Shown here one piece after another: positions 40,360 through 50,542 of a DNA stretch of 64,000 nucleotides. The stretch comes from Promethearchaeota archaeon (GTDB lineage: Archaea; Asgardarchaeota; Lokiarchaeia; Sigyniarchaeales; SOKP01), in NCBI GenBank assembly GCA_016840085.1, contig JAEOTA010000036.1, forward strand, positions 1 to 64,000. The letters are read 5' to 3'. Below the pieces are notes generated by a model. It was not told the DNA's origin. It made no database searches and saw nothing but the letters and a program-made list of their open reading frames with translations. Made by a program: the position numbers and the translations under genes. Position 1 is the first letter of the stretch. Every line of letters starts with the position of its first letter.

Positions 40360-41619
40360 ATGTTTCAAGAGAAAATTATTAATGATCAAATCCTTGAAAA
40401 GATGTCATTGGAAAATGTCTTTAAAATCTTCAATGATAACGTTTTTTCAATGCTAAATGAAGAGGAACGAGAATATTGCCATAAGCTTCAAGAGTTTTGC
40501 TTAGATCTTAACCCTAGAATCGATAAATCAAAGGATGTATATGGTTTACTCCCAGAACTTGGAAAGCACGGGTATATTCAACGAATAAATCAATGGAGAG
40601 ATTTCAAACCTGTTGGAATGAAAAAAGAAATCTTATTAGGAGCTCATATTTCTATTCTAGATCCGCAATTAGAATTAGCACGTTTAGCAAGTGGGATATT
40701 ATGTGGTAATCCAACCTTTCATTATTACCAATATGGAGGAGGATATGATACTGCACTCAAGATCCAAGATGAACTATTATCTGGGCAAAAAGTAGGGTGT
40801 ATTGGGATTACTGAACCCGAAAGAGGTTCAGATGCCGTAAATTTAACAACTATATGCACAAAAACAGATGATGGAGCTATTTTTAACGGAGAAAAAGTAT
40901 ATACTACAAACGGACCGAGCGCGGACTACTTTTGTTGTTATGGTGTTTATGATGAAACAAATCCACGAGATACTATGGTACAAGCAATTATTGCCCGAGA
41001 ATTCGGAGTAAAAACTGAACGTCTAAAAATTACTTCTGTACCTCGAGTTCATATTGCGCATACAATATTGGACAATGTTTTTGTCCCTAAAGACTATATA
41101 CTTGCAGATGATGGACTTGGATACAAAAGACTATTTGAAGGTTTAGTTCCTGAGAGACTTTCAATAATGGGTAGCGGTATAGGAATCTGTTGGGCAGGAT
41201 TAATATATGGCATTATCTATACCAATTTGAGAAAACAATTTGGAAAACCTGTTATCAGATATCAAGGGGTTGGTTACGGTTTGGCAGATTTATTAGCAAA
41301 ATCTAACGCTGCAACTGCATTGGCTTTACAAGCGGCAACTGTTTATGATGAAAAAATTCTATTTACGGAAGAACCTTCAAAAGAAGCGGAAAAATGGGTT
41401 GCTGCGATCTCTTCACAAGGTAAGTACTATGTCGCCAGACTTACCCATGATGTTTGTTATGAAGTTCAACAGCATATGGGAGGTATATCGATCACAGATA
41501 ATACTCCTGTTGATGAATTAGTAGATGTAAGTAAAATAGAAGAGGTTATAGGCGGCTCACGTAATATTCAATTACTTTTAATCCAAGGACAAATTCAGAG
41601 ATACGTAAGGTTATTATAA
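40360..41619 (+). CDS. Acyl-CoA dehydrogenase
   Basis: ITEPERGSD, NGEKVYTTNG, RKQFGKP, QHMGG. Confidence 0.9.
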   Translation: MFQEKIINDQILEKMSLENVFKIFNDNVFSMLNEEEREYCHKLQEFCLDLNPRIDKSKDVYGLLPELGKHGYIQRINQWRDFKPVGMKKEILLGAHISILDPQLELARLASGILCGNPTFHYYQYGGGYDTALKIQDELLSGQKVGCIGITEPERGSDAVNLTTICTKTDDGAIFNGEKVYTTNGPSADYFCCYGVYDETNPRDTMVQAIIAREFGVKTERLKITSVPRVHIAHTILDNVFVPKDYILADDGLGYKRLFEGLVPERLSIMGSGIGICWAGLIYGIIYTNLRKQFGKPVIRYQGVGYGLADLLAKSNAATALALQAATVYDEKILFTEEPSKEAEKWVAAISSQGKYYVARLTHDVCYEVQQHMGGISITDNTPVDELVDVSKIEEVIGGSRNIQLLLIQGQIQRYVRLL

Positions 41620-41691
41620 TTTTTTTCTTTTTATTTCTTTTTTTATTATTTTGGTATATTTCTTGATTTTTACTGCATTCTCTGCTTTTTA

Positions 41692-42456
41692 CTATGTGCT
41701 AATCAAGCTAATAATTGATGCAATTATGGATCTTAAGCTAATTCCTAAAAGGAAACAAAATATAATGATCTGGAATTTTTTTACAGGTATTTTTGGAGTA
41801 ATCTGATGACCAAATTTAGTTCCAAGTATTATGATAGGAAATGCCAACAAAAAAACCAAAAGTAATTCATTTGGGAACACATTTTCAATAAAATAGAATG
41901 GAATTCTTGAAATTGATAATATTGTTCCAATTGCTGCAAAATTTTCAATAAAACTTTCTCGATAATGTCCAGTTTTTTCTAATAATGCTACATTAAGGGG
42001 TCCCGCTGCACTAATTAAACCTGTTAACAAACCATAAGAAAAACCACCTAATATAATAAAAGGAGATGATGAATTTATTTCTTTTTGCATTTCAACATCA
42101 GATGGGCTCTTGATGTATTGCATGAGTTTTAAAATAGAATAACAAAAAATAAAAAGACCCAAAATTAATTCAATCCATTCTAAACGAATATTAATCAGAA
42201 GATAAGTCCCAAGAATCGTAGCAGGGATTCCAAATAATAAGAATCGAAAAAAATATCCCTTATCTAAAAAATCTCGATACTTAATGAAATTGGTTAAAGC
42301 AGGTAAGGTTCCCCAAAGATTCACAAGTATAATAGCAGTTTTAACTCCGATTATTGGAGTTATAACAGGAATTAATAATAACGCATCACCAAACCCAATA
42401 ATTCCATAAACCATACTTGAAAAGAAAATTGGAATTAAAATCAGATAGATCATCAT
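41692..42456 (-). CDS. TauE/SafE (TSUP) sulfite exporter family membrane protein
   Basis: GIIGFGDALLLIP, GLISAAGP, about 8 TM. Confidence 0.8.
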   Translation of the reverse strand: MMIYLILIPIFFSSMVYGIIGFGDALLLIPVITPIIGVKTAIILVNLWGTLPALTNFIKYRDFLDKGYFFRFLLFGIPATILGTYLLINIRLEWIELILGLFIFCYSILKLMQYIKSPSDVEMQKEINSSSPFIILGGFSYGLLTGLISAAGPLNVALLEKTGHYRESFIENFAAIGTILSISRIPFYFIENVFPNELLLVFLLAFPIIILGTKFGHQITPKIPVKKFQIIIFCFLLGISLRSIIASIISLIST

Positions 42457-42544
42457 ATTATAAGATTTCTTAATTTAGTCTGTTTAAAAAAATTTGAGGT
42501 TTAAATCTCAATTTTTAAAGAAAAAGTTTAGATAATAGATTGGT

Positions 42545-43939
42545 TTAAGTTTTGCGATAAAGATATCTATCATATGTAGCAAATTTCACTCTTTTTGTTG
42601 TTTGGTCCCTGACAAATCTAATACTTTCCCTCATCATAGGTAAAGTACTACAAACAGTAAATGATAAATCTTTCAGTTGTTTTGGAATCAAAGGAAAACT
42701 CATAAATCCATCATCAACCTCAATATCCGCAAAAAGGACAGTTCCTTTAAGATATATTTTTAATTCGTATAGATCGTGGGACGATTTATAAACTCCGCTG
42801 ATTTCATCTACCACTTGACTTATCTTTAATTCTTCAACATGAATCATGGGATCCAAATCAAGTAACAGAGATAAAGCAGCTCTGCCAATTATGGAAACTA
42901 TACCTGTACAAGAGTTTTGCCCAACCGAAACACCTAGTTTTTTTTCGGGGATTAGACTGAAATTGGCACAACTAGTTCCTAAACCACCTCCATGATGAAC
43001 AAAAGTGTAAGGATAGTAATCCTCTTCGTAAACCCATCCCAAGCAATATTTTGGATCTTTTCCATATCCATAAGGACTTGAAATTCTCGGAGTCCATAAT
43101 TCGTCAAATGAGTGTGAAGAAAGTAATTTTATACCTTTGTAGCTTCCTTTTTGAAGTAAACATTGAGCATAGTGCATCATTTCTTCCATTGAAACATATA
43201 AACCCCCAGGTGCGTTGAGATAGTTATAAAGTGGAACAGGTTTCTTATCGGGTACCATTTTATCACCTTCCTTCTTAGGCATGTACCCCGTTATTTTGTC
43301 ATTCAAGGGATCTTTCTCAAAGTCTTCTTTTGAAAATACTGCGCGCTTCATTTCAAGTGGCTCGAGGATTTCTTTCCGAATAAATTCAGAATAAGAAGTT
43401 TCTGTTAATTTTTCTATAATAAAACCTAAACATGTAAACATATCATTATTATAGTAAAATTTTTCACCTGGTTTAAAAATAATAAAATCTTCAGGTTCAC
43501 CAAGATGGGCAATAAAATCATCTCGACTTGAGGCGGGAAATACTTTTCTATAATCTCCAAATGTATAAAATAATGAAGCTAATCCCCCATCAGCAGCAGG
43601 AACTCCACTTGAATGTGATAAAATATGCATTATCTGGATATCAAGATGACTTGTAAAAGGAGCAAAATTTAGATATTTGGATACAGAATCATCTAGAGAT
43701 AACTTATCCCTCTCTATAAGCTTCATAATTCCGAACGCTGTTAACGATTTGGTTATACTACCAATCCCAATAAGAGTCTGAGGAGTCATTGGAAGAAATG
43801 CTTCAAGATCACGAGCTCCAAATCCTTTTGAATAAATGGTCTGGTCTTCCTGGAAAATACTAATAGCAAGTCCAGGAATTTTATATTTTCGCATATAGTT
43901 GCGAATAATCTTTTCTAATTGTAGGAATTTTTTTTCCAT
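42545..43939 (-). CDS. Serine hydrolase, beta-lactamase/AmpC-like
   Basis: SITK, YNN and HGG motifs; LSHSSG. Confidence 0.9.
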   Translation of the reverse strand: MEKKFLQLEKIIRNYMRKYKIPGLAISIFQEDQTIYSKGFGARDLEAFLPMTPQTLIGIGSITKSLTAFGIMKLIERDKLSLDDSVSKYLNFAPFTSHLDIQIMHILSHSSGVPAADGGLASLFYTFGDYRKVFPASSRDDFIAHLGEPEDFIIFKPGEKFYYNNDMFTCLGFIIEKLTETSYSEFIRKEILEPLEMKRAVFSKEDFEKDPLNDKITGYMPKKEGDKMVPDKKPVPLYNYLNAPGGLYVSMEEMMHYAQCLLQKGSYKGIKLLSSHSFDELWTPRISSPYGYGKDPKYCLGWVYEEDYYPYTFVHHGGGLGTSCANFSLIPEKKLGVSVGQNSCTGIVSIIGRAALSLLLDLDPMIHVEELKISQVVDEISGVYKSSHDLYELKIYLKGTVLFADIEVDDGFMSFPLIPKQLKDLSFTVCSTLPMMRESIRFVRDQTTKRVKFATYDRYLYRKT

Positions 43940-44007
43940 AATTTCTCTCTTTCCTTAATTTTATTGTAAATTTTTTTATGCAAATTAAATTAGCTATTTA
44001 TAAAATC

Positions 44008-44751
44008 TTAATATTTATCATTAATTTTTTTCTGAGGACTTTTTTTCTTTTTCCCAAAAAGGATTTTTTGGTTTTTTTCTACAAACTTCCAACCAAAACC
44101 AGTAAGGTCCTCAAGTGGGCCTTGTATAGATTTCGGATTTCCTGTCCTAGTATATAAAATCTCTGTATGTCTTATTGCTTTAAATACTTGATAAGGTGTT
44201 TTATACTTTTCAATCAATGTTTTCGCCTTTTTTGGGCCTATATCTTCTAAGCCTTCAATAATAAAGGAACGTCTCTCTTTTTTAGACATTTCTTTGGGCG
44301 CTTTCCTTGAAAGTATTGGCATACCATCTTTTCCTCCTTGTTCTCTATTTGCAATTCTTTCTATTACTATCGCAGTATCTTCAATATTCCTAGTAGGGAT
44401 AACAGAAATACCTAATTTGTATGATATAAAGGAAAGGGCACCATAAATTGATGAGATCTTCATGCCGGTATTTTCGAACACCTCATCATTTAGTCCCTCT
44501 AATATCAAGATTGGATAGTCATATGTCTCTTTTAATCGTAATAACTGATCAAATAATCGATTGTCCATGATTGAGGAAACGAAATCAAATCCTTCTTTTC
44601 TTTCAATTGCAACATCATTAGTAATAACAATATCTGCTACATCTAATTGTTTTGATTCGTAAGTTATTGTATCTTTTTTCTTATCTAATATAGTTTTAAG
44701 TTTGTTCTCTCTATGATCAATTATTACATGAAGAATCTTATTTTGGCTCAT
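44008..44751 (-). CDS. ERCC4-domain nuclease (short XPF/Hef-like) with HhH
   Basis: IDHRE, AD...IERKEGFDF, GLEDIGPKKA. Confidence 0.88.
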   Translation of the reverse strand: MSQNKILHVIIDHRENKLKTILDKKKDTITYESKQLDVADIVITNDVAIERKEGFDFVSSIMDNRLFDQLLRLKETYDYPILILEGLNDEVFENTGMKISSIYGALSFISYKLGISVIPTRNIEDTAIVIERIANREQGGKDGMPILSRKAPKEMSKKERRSFIIEGLEDIGPKKAKTLIEKYKTPYQVFKAIRHTEILYTRTGNPKSIQGPLEDLTGFGWKFVEKNQKILFGKKKKSPQKKINDKY

Positions 44752-44859
44752 ATTTCAAAATAAAAATAAATACGTTAGGTATTAAATATTTCACATTAGA
44801 ATTATTAAACTAATAATTTCGAAATTTAAAATAAAAAGAACAATTGCAAATTTTTAGGG

Positions 44860-45405
44860 TCATTCATGATAAAATCCTTCTTTCGATTTAATGTAATCCT
44901 TGTTTTTAATCGGAGTTTGTAAACTCCCTTTTAAATAATTTTTGATATCTTCAGCATGATATAATTTATTATGTATTAATATAAAGATCAAAATAGCAAT
45001 TCCAATAATTTCTGTTGAAAAAACGATAGGATTTGTAAATAGAGCATTGAACCAGTATAATAGTGGTTCCTCAACAATTATATAACGATAGGTAATAAAT
45101 GGATAAAATAATGGAACATAAGGTAGATCTAATATGAGATGAAGTCCCATCCCTGCTAAAAACGGAAGAGAAATCTCAAGATTTCTTTTCGATATTAAAA
45201 ACACAATTAGGAAACTTACAATAATGAAGAGTAAATTATGGGAAAAAAATCTTCCATTTCCTAAACCCAATAAAAATATTGGTTTATCTATTATATCTGG
45301 TAATAAAGAACCAATTATTAAAGCAAATCTATTAATTTTATACTTTTTGATTGTTGGAATTTCGGAAATAAGCAAAGGTACTGCTACATGAAATATCGGA
45401 AAAAT
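44860..45405 (-). CDS. Membrane metal-dependent hydrolase (YdjM-like)
   Basis: LPDIIDKP, SHNLL, LHLILD; frame extends to IFPIFHVAVP with a probable ATT start at 45405. Confidence 0.75.
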   Translation of the reverse strand: MFPIFHVAVPLLISEIPTIKKYKINRFALIIGSLLPDIIDKPIFLLGLGNGRFFSHNLLFIIVSFLIVFLISKRNLEISLPFLAGMGLHLILDLPYVPLFYPFITYRYIIVEEPLLYWFNALFTNPIVFSTEIIGIAILIFILIHNKLYHAEDIKNYLKGSLQTPIKNKDYIKSKEGFYHE

Positions 45406-45434
45406 TAGTATTCCCTCTCTTCATAAAAAAATAA

Positions 45435-46703
45435 TTATATAAACATAATAAAATAAAATAGGTAATAAATTACAATTGCTATTATAGTGAATTCAATAGT
45501 AATCGCTAAAGCTTTTTTAATTAGATAGTTATATGGTAGGATTCTTTCAAGAAAAATATTCAAATTCTTAAAAATATTTACTATATTAGGAATTCCAAAT
45601 CCTTGAGTATTCTCATCATAACCCAAATCTGTGCTAGATTTTAAAAATAATTCTTTTATTTCATTATAAGAAGCATTTGGATTATGTTCCTTAATAAGGG
45701 CAATTATTCCTACACAAATTGCCGCAGCAACGCTTGTACCAGTGGCATTTATTGTTAAATCATTAGAAATAGGAATTTTAATTTCTGCTCCAGGCAAACA
45801 AAAGTCAGGTTTTATTCTTTTATCTAAACTAGGTCCCCTTCCACTAAAATCAGAAATTGTACGCATTTTTGTAATAGATCCTATCGTTAAAACATTCTTA
45901 GCAGCACTAGGACTCCCAATTGTATATGATTCTGGGCCATTATTGCCAGCAGGACATACTACTATTAAACCCTTTTCTACTAATAAATCACAAGCCAATG
46001 ATAAGATATCTCTCCCATCAGAAGGATTTAAAGTCGTAAAAGATATTAAAAGAATTTCAAGCTCAATTTTTTCTTTAGTTATTAAATCAAAAATGTCTAA
46101 AATATTAGAAAAATAATATTCTTGTTTTAAATTTGTAATATTGAAATCAAAAATTTTTGAATTTGGAGCAATTCCAATGAAGTTCCCTTCAGAATCTTTA
46201 AATTGATTGCATATTAAGCTAGCCAATATTGTTCCATGTGATATTTCACTTTTTAGATTGTTTTTATTACTTTTTTTTACACCCTTTTCTAAAATATATG
46301 ATTTTGAAATACTATTATATATTGAAGGGACATCTTCTTCGATGCCGGTGTCAATTATTCCTACCTTGACATTATTTCCTGTATATGAAAATTGGGAAAT
46401 TTTATAATCATTTAAATTTAAAATTTCAAAAAAATCCATAATCGATAAAAAAAGTCTTTGATCCTCTTCGATTTGTTTTATTAATTTGTCTTTTTCATAT
46501 TTTTTAATTTGATCTCTATTTAAATTCACACAAATCGAAGGAATAAAATCATATTTTGATAATATCTTTAGGTTTTTGTTATTCGATAAAAATTTATCTC
46601 GTTGTGAGGTACTTTCAAAAGAGATAATGATTCTCAATTCTAAATCATCCTTTTGATTCTTCACTTGTTTTTGAAACAATGAATAGATTTTACTATTACT
46701 CAT
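45435..46703 (-). CDS. Subtilisin-like S8 serine protease with N-terminal propeptide and C-terminal TM helix
   Basis: IIDTG, HGT, AGNNG, FSGRGP, GTSVA. Confidence 0.88.
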   Translation of the reverse strand: MSNSKIYSLFQKQVKNQKDDLELRIIISFESTSQRDKFLSNNKNLKILSKYDFIPSICVNLNRDQIKKYEKDKLIKQIEEDQRLFLSIMDFFEILNLNDYKISQFSYTGNNVKVGIIDTGIEEDVPSIYNSISKSYILEKGVKKSNKNNLKSEISHGTILASLICNQFKDSEGNFIGIAPNSKIFDFNITNLKQEYYFSNILDIFDLITKEKIELEILLISFTTLNPSDGRDILSLACDLLVEKGLIVVCPAGNNGPESYTIGSPSAAKNVLTIGSITKMRTISDFSGRGPSLDKRIKPDFCLPGAEIKIPISNDLTINATGTSVAAAICVGIIALIKEHNPNASYNEIKELFLKSSTDLGYDENTQGFGIPNIVNIFKNLNIFLERILPYNYLIKKALAITIEFTIIAIVIYYLFYFIMFI

Positions 46704-46726
46704 ATTTGCTTAAGTGAGAACTATTT

Positions 46727-47527
46727 TCAATTTAATTTGTATTCTTTTAACACTTCCTCTACAGTAAAATTGTCATGAACAATTTTCGAGATTGCGCGTA
46801 CCATTTTTGTAGGATCTTGTGATTGAAAAATATTACGACCAAAAGCTACGCCTGCTCCCCCTGCTTGGATTGAATCGTAGACCATATGAATTAAATCTGG
46901 TATAGTATCCATTTTTGGTCCTCCTGCAATTATAATTGGAATGTGAACGCTCTTAACTATATATTTAAAGGAATCTATATCTCCAGTATAATTTGTCTTG
47001 ACAATATCTGCTCCTAATTCCGCTCCTGCTCTAACAGCAATATTTACAACTTCTGGATCGTTTTCATCCTTAATTTTTTTTCCTCTCGGATACATCATAG
47101 CAATTAAGGGTATCCCCCATTCTCTAGCAGACTCAACAACTTTACTTGCATCCTGGAGCATTTCTGGTTCTTCCTCAGCACCAATGTTAATATGGATTGA
47201 AACCCCATCAGCGCCCATCTTTAAAGCTCTTTCTACAGAACACACTAAAATTTTTCTATCTGGATCCGGTGCTAAACTAGTGGCTCCAGATAAATGTATA
47301 ATTAAACCAATATCACTTCCATATCGACGATGTCCCGCACCAACCATACCTGAGTGCATTAGCACAGCACTAGCCCCGCCAAGAGCAACCTTCTCAATCA
47401 TTTTAGCAACATTCTCCAGCCCCTTAATGGTTCCCATAGTTAAGCCATGATCCATAGGAATAATAATCGTTCTCTTACTTTTGCGATTAATTATTCTTTC
47501 TATCCTAATATTTTTGCCAATATTCAA
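46727..47527 (-). CDS. DhnA-type class I aldolase (2-amino-3,7-dideoxy-D-threo-hept-6-ulosonate synthase / FBP aldolase)
   Basis: [31 protein letters not shown]. Confidence 0.9.
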   Translation of the reverse strand: MNIGKNIRIERIINRKSKRTIIIPMDHGLTMGTIKGLENVAKMIEKVALGGASAVLMHSGMVGAGHRRYGSDIGLIIHLSGATSLAPDPDRKILVCSVERALKMGADGVSIHINIGAEEEPEMLQDASKVVESAREWGIPLIAMMYPRGKKIKDENDPEVVNIAVRAGAELGADIVKTNYTGDIDSFKYIVKSVHIPIIIAGGPKMDTIPDLIHMVYDSIQAGGAGVAFGRNIFQSQDPTKMVRAISKIVHDNFTVEEVLKEYKLN

Positions 47528-47615
47528 TATTGTTCCATAGCTCCTTTAAGATAAAACTTATCAATATAAATGAGAATAAGAATTTAAAATTATAGTTCTT
47601 AAAAGCAAATTGTTC

Positions 47616-49187
47616 TTACCACGGTCTTTTAATGTATGAATTTCTTGCCAATTCCAATTTCTCGGGGTGATTTTCATTAAAATGAGTTCCTCTACTTTCT
47701 TTTCGAGATAATGCACACCTAATTAAAATTTCTGCTACCATTGATAAATTTCTTAATTCTATTAAATTCTTTTCTATCTTATAATTCCAATAATAATAAT
47801 CTATCTCTTCTGAAAAAATATTCATTCTTTTAAGAGCTCTTTTTAATCTCGTGTCTGATCTGACAATCCCTACAAAATTTTGCATTAACATTCTAATTTC
47901 ATCCCAATTCTGGGTGATTACTACGGCCTCAGATGAAGGAACAGCATTACCGTGCTCCCATTCTTTAAATTCTTTAATTTTATAGGAAGAGATATTTTTC
48001 TTTAGATAATTTGCACATTCATAAGCGCAAACTAATCCTTCCAATAGAGAATTGCTTGCTAACCTATTTGCTCCGTGTAATCCTGTACAAGCAGATTCTC
48101 CTATAACATACAAATCTTTCACTTCTGTAGTTCCATTTAAACCTGCCATTACACCTCCACAAAGATAATGAGCTGCAGGAACAACAGGAATAGACTCTTC
48201 TGTGATGTTGATATTAAATTCGAGACATTTTTCATAAATTCCGGGAAAGTGTTCTTTAATAAAATTAGAATCTTTATATGAGGCAATATCTAAAAAAACA
48301 TAATCATCACCAGATTTTTTCAATTCTGAGTCAATGGCTCTAGAAACAATATCTCGAGGAGCTAAATCTTTAAGGGGATGATATTTCTCCATGAAAGGAT
48401 TTCCTTTCTGGTCTTTTAAAATAGCACCTTCACCCCGCATCGCTTCTGTAATTAAGAAATTTTTCGCATAAGGATGATATAAACAAGTAGGGTGAAATTG
48501 ATAGAATTCCAAATTAGATATCATAGTCCCTGCTCTATAAGCCATTGCAATACCATCTCCTGAGGCAATATCCGGATTTGTGGTATAAAGATATATCTTA
48601 CCTGCTCCACCAGTTGCTAAGATTGTTGCTTTCGCTGCAATATTATGAATCTCTTCCGTGTCTTGCTCTAAGACATACGCTCCATTACATTTTAAATTTT
48701 TTACATAGAGATTAACTGCGCACCATCTTTCATTGAATTCAATGTTATTTAACTTTTTTATATTATTAATTAGTATTTGTTCAATACTTTGCCCAGTTTG
48801 ATCATTCACATGAAGAATTCTTCTTTCTGAATGCCCACCTTCTTGTCCAAGATCATACTCCCCCTCATGATTTCTAGTAAATTCTACACCTAAAGTTATC
48901 AAATCATTTATCCTTTCCGGGGCTTGATTAATAATCTTCCGAATAATGTTTTCATCCCCTAACCCATCTCCAGCAATTAAAGTATCTTGAATGTGTTTTT
49001 CAAAATTGTCATTATTATTCCAAACACAAGCAATTCCTCCCTGAGCATGATATGTATTACTCTCGTGAAGCTTTTCTTTGGTGATTATTAAAATTTTTTC
49101 ATCTGGTGCCAGTTTTGAAAGATAATATGCTAAAGATAGCCCTGAAATTCCGCTTCCAATAATTAAGAAATCTGTTTTAAACTTCAA
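47616..49187 (-). CDS. nadB: L-aspartate oxidase
   Basis: GSGISG, AQGGIA, EGGHSERRILH, QFHPT, GLHGANRLASNSLLE. Confidence 0.93.
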   Translation of the reverse strand: MKFKTDFLIIGSGISGLSLAYYLSKLAPDEKILIITKEKLHESNTYHAQGGIACVWNNNDNFEKHIQDTLIAGDGLGDENIIRKIINQAPERINDLITLGVEFTRNHEGEYDLGQEGGHSERRILHVNDQTGQSIEQILINNIKKLNNIEFNERWCAVNLYVKNLKCNGAYVLEQDTEEIHNIAAKATILATGGAGKIYLYTTNPDIASGDGIAMAYRAGTMISNLEFYQFHPTCLYHPYAKNFLITEAMRGEGAILKDQKGNPFMEKYHPLKDLAPRDIVSRAIDSELKKSGDDYVFLDIASYKDSNFIKEHFPGIYEKCLEFNINITEESIPVVPAAHYLCGGVMAGLNGTTEVKDLYVIGESACTGLHGANRLASNSLLEGLVCAYECANYLKKNISSYKIKEFKEWEHGNAVPSSEAVVITQNWDEIRMLMQNFVGIVRSDTRLKRALKRMNIFSEEIDYYYWNYKIEKNLIELRNLSMVAEILIRCALSRKESRGTHFNENHPEKLELARNSYIKRPW

Positions 49188-49298
49188 TGGAACTTTTTAT
49201 ATTTTCTGTAATAAATTAAATGTTATATTAAAATACCAATGATTACATTAAAAATTTATTTCTATTTGAGTTATATGATATGTTTTTAGAAATAGAGA

Positions 49299-49895
49299 TT
49301 AAGGCTGTTTTATTCCAACTATGCTTTTTAAATCCTTGATTTCTTGTTTAATAACATTATCATATTGTTCTTGATTTAATTGAGTAAATATATTTAAACT
49401 TTCTTCTAATGAATATAACGCTTTACGATATTCTCCGGATATTTTAAGTATTCTTCCTAGGTTATATAAATCACTAATTTTGCTCATTGAATCCCCAAGT
49501 TGATCATCAATTTGAATGGCTTCTTCGTAAGCATTAAACGCTTCGTTATAATTTTGAAATCTTTCATAAATCTTACCAACATTGCTTAAACTAGCTGCTT
49601 TGTTCGCTAATTCTCCTTTTTCTCCAAAAATTAATATTGCTTCTTCATATTTTTCAAGAGCTGACTGATATTCTTCTTTAATCATTTTAATCATAGCAAT
49701 TTTCGTTAATAAAAGAGCTTTTTTAGAGAGATCACCTAACTCTTTTGAAATATCTAAAGCTTTAGTATATTGTTCCAATGCTATATTGTATTCTGCTCGA
49801 TTATTATAAATCATACCTATATTGTTAAGATAGATTACCATCATTAAAGGATCTCCTAATCGTTCTTCTATATTCAATGCTTCTTTGTATTTCAT
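49299..49895 (-). CDS. Tetratricopeptide-repeat protein, possibly 5'-truncated
   Basis: About 40-aa repeats LNNIGMIY...AL..Y..AL.I..ELGD; begins mid-repeat. Confidence 0.8.
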   Translation of the reverse strand: MKYKEALNIEERLGDPLMMVIYLNNIGMIYNNRAEYNIALEQYTKALDISKELGDLSKKALLLTKIAMIKMIKEEYQSALEKYEEAILIFGEKGELANKAASLSNVGKIYERFQNYNEAFNAYEEAIQIDDQLGDSMSKISDLYNLGRILKISGEYRKALYSLEESLNIFTQLNQEQYDNVIKQEIKDLKSIVGIKQP

Positions 49896-50031
49896 TAACC
49901 ATATTTAATTCAGTTGACTGCTAAGATCTTATTCTTTGTCTTGTTCATATTTTTATTCCTTTTTGAAGTTAATCTAAAATTTTTTTTGAAAGTATAAATT
50001 CAAGATCTCGTAAGATTGGGAAATGATTTAA

Positions 50032-50526
50032 ATGACAAAGATAGAACATGTCCTCTTTTATTGTGCGGGAAATACTTGTAGAAGTCCATTTGCTGAAGCA
50101 TATGCAAATTGGCTTAAAAGTACGACGTATAAAGAAGAATTAAAAGATGTTGAATTTGATTCTGCAGGGATCTATCATTATTATAAGACTGCTCAACCAA
50201 AAACTGTCAATTATTTAAACTCTAAAGGTATAGATATTGGGGATTTTAAAACAAAAAAAATCGATTCTCAATTATTGGAGAAACATGATCTAGTTTTAGG
50301 ATTTGAACAAAAACATCATATCAACAAATTGAAAAGAAAGTTCAAAAATCTTAAAGGGATTGACGAAAAAGTCTTCTTATTATTAGAATATGCTGGAGAA
50401 AAAGAGAATTTAGAGATAGAAGATCCTTTTTATTTACCTCAAGAAGAATACAATATAGTACTTGAACGAATTGAAAAGGGAGTTATAAAAACACTTAAAA
50501 AAATTATTGAAATTAATAAATCATAG
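50032..50526 (+). CDS. Low-molecular-weight protein phosphatase (LMW-PTP family)
   Basis: CAGNTCRS P-loop, DSAG, EDPFY. Confidence 0.9.
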   Translation: MTKIEHVLFYCAGNTCRSPFAEAYANWLKSTTYKEELKDVEFDSAGIYHYYKTAQPKTVNYLNSKGIDIGDFKTKKIDSQLLEKHDLVLGFEQKHHINKLKRKFKNLKGIDEKVFLLLEYAGEKENLEIEDPFYLPQEEYNIVLERIEKGVIKTLKKIIEINKS

Positions 50527-50542
50527 AAAGCATAATAATCGA

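Noticed and set aside
49896-49950. Upstream 12-codon ORF (ATG 49948) joined to the TPR gene by an intron
   Set aside because: Only tiny hairpins and no BHB geometry; 5' truncation or a chance ORF is simpler.
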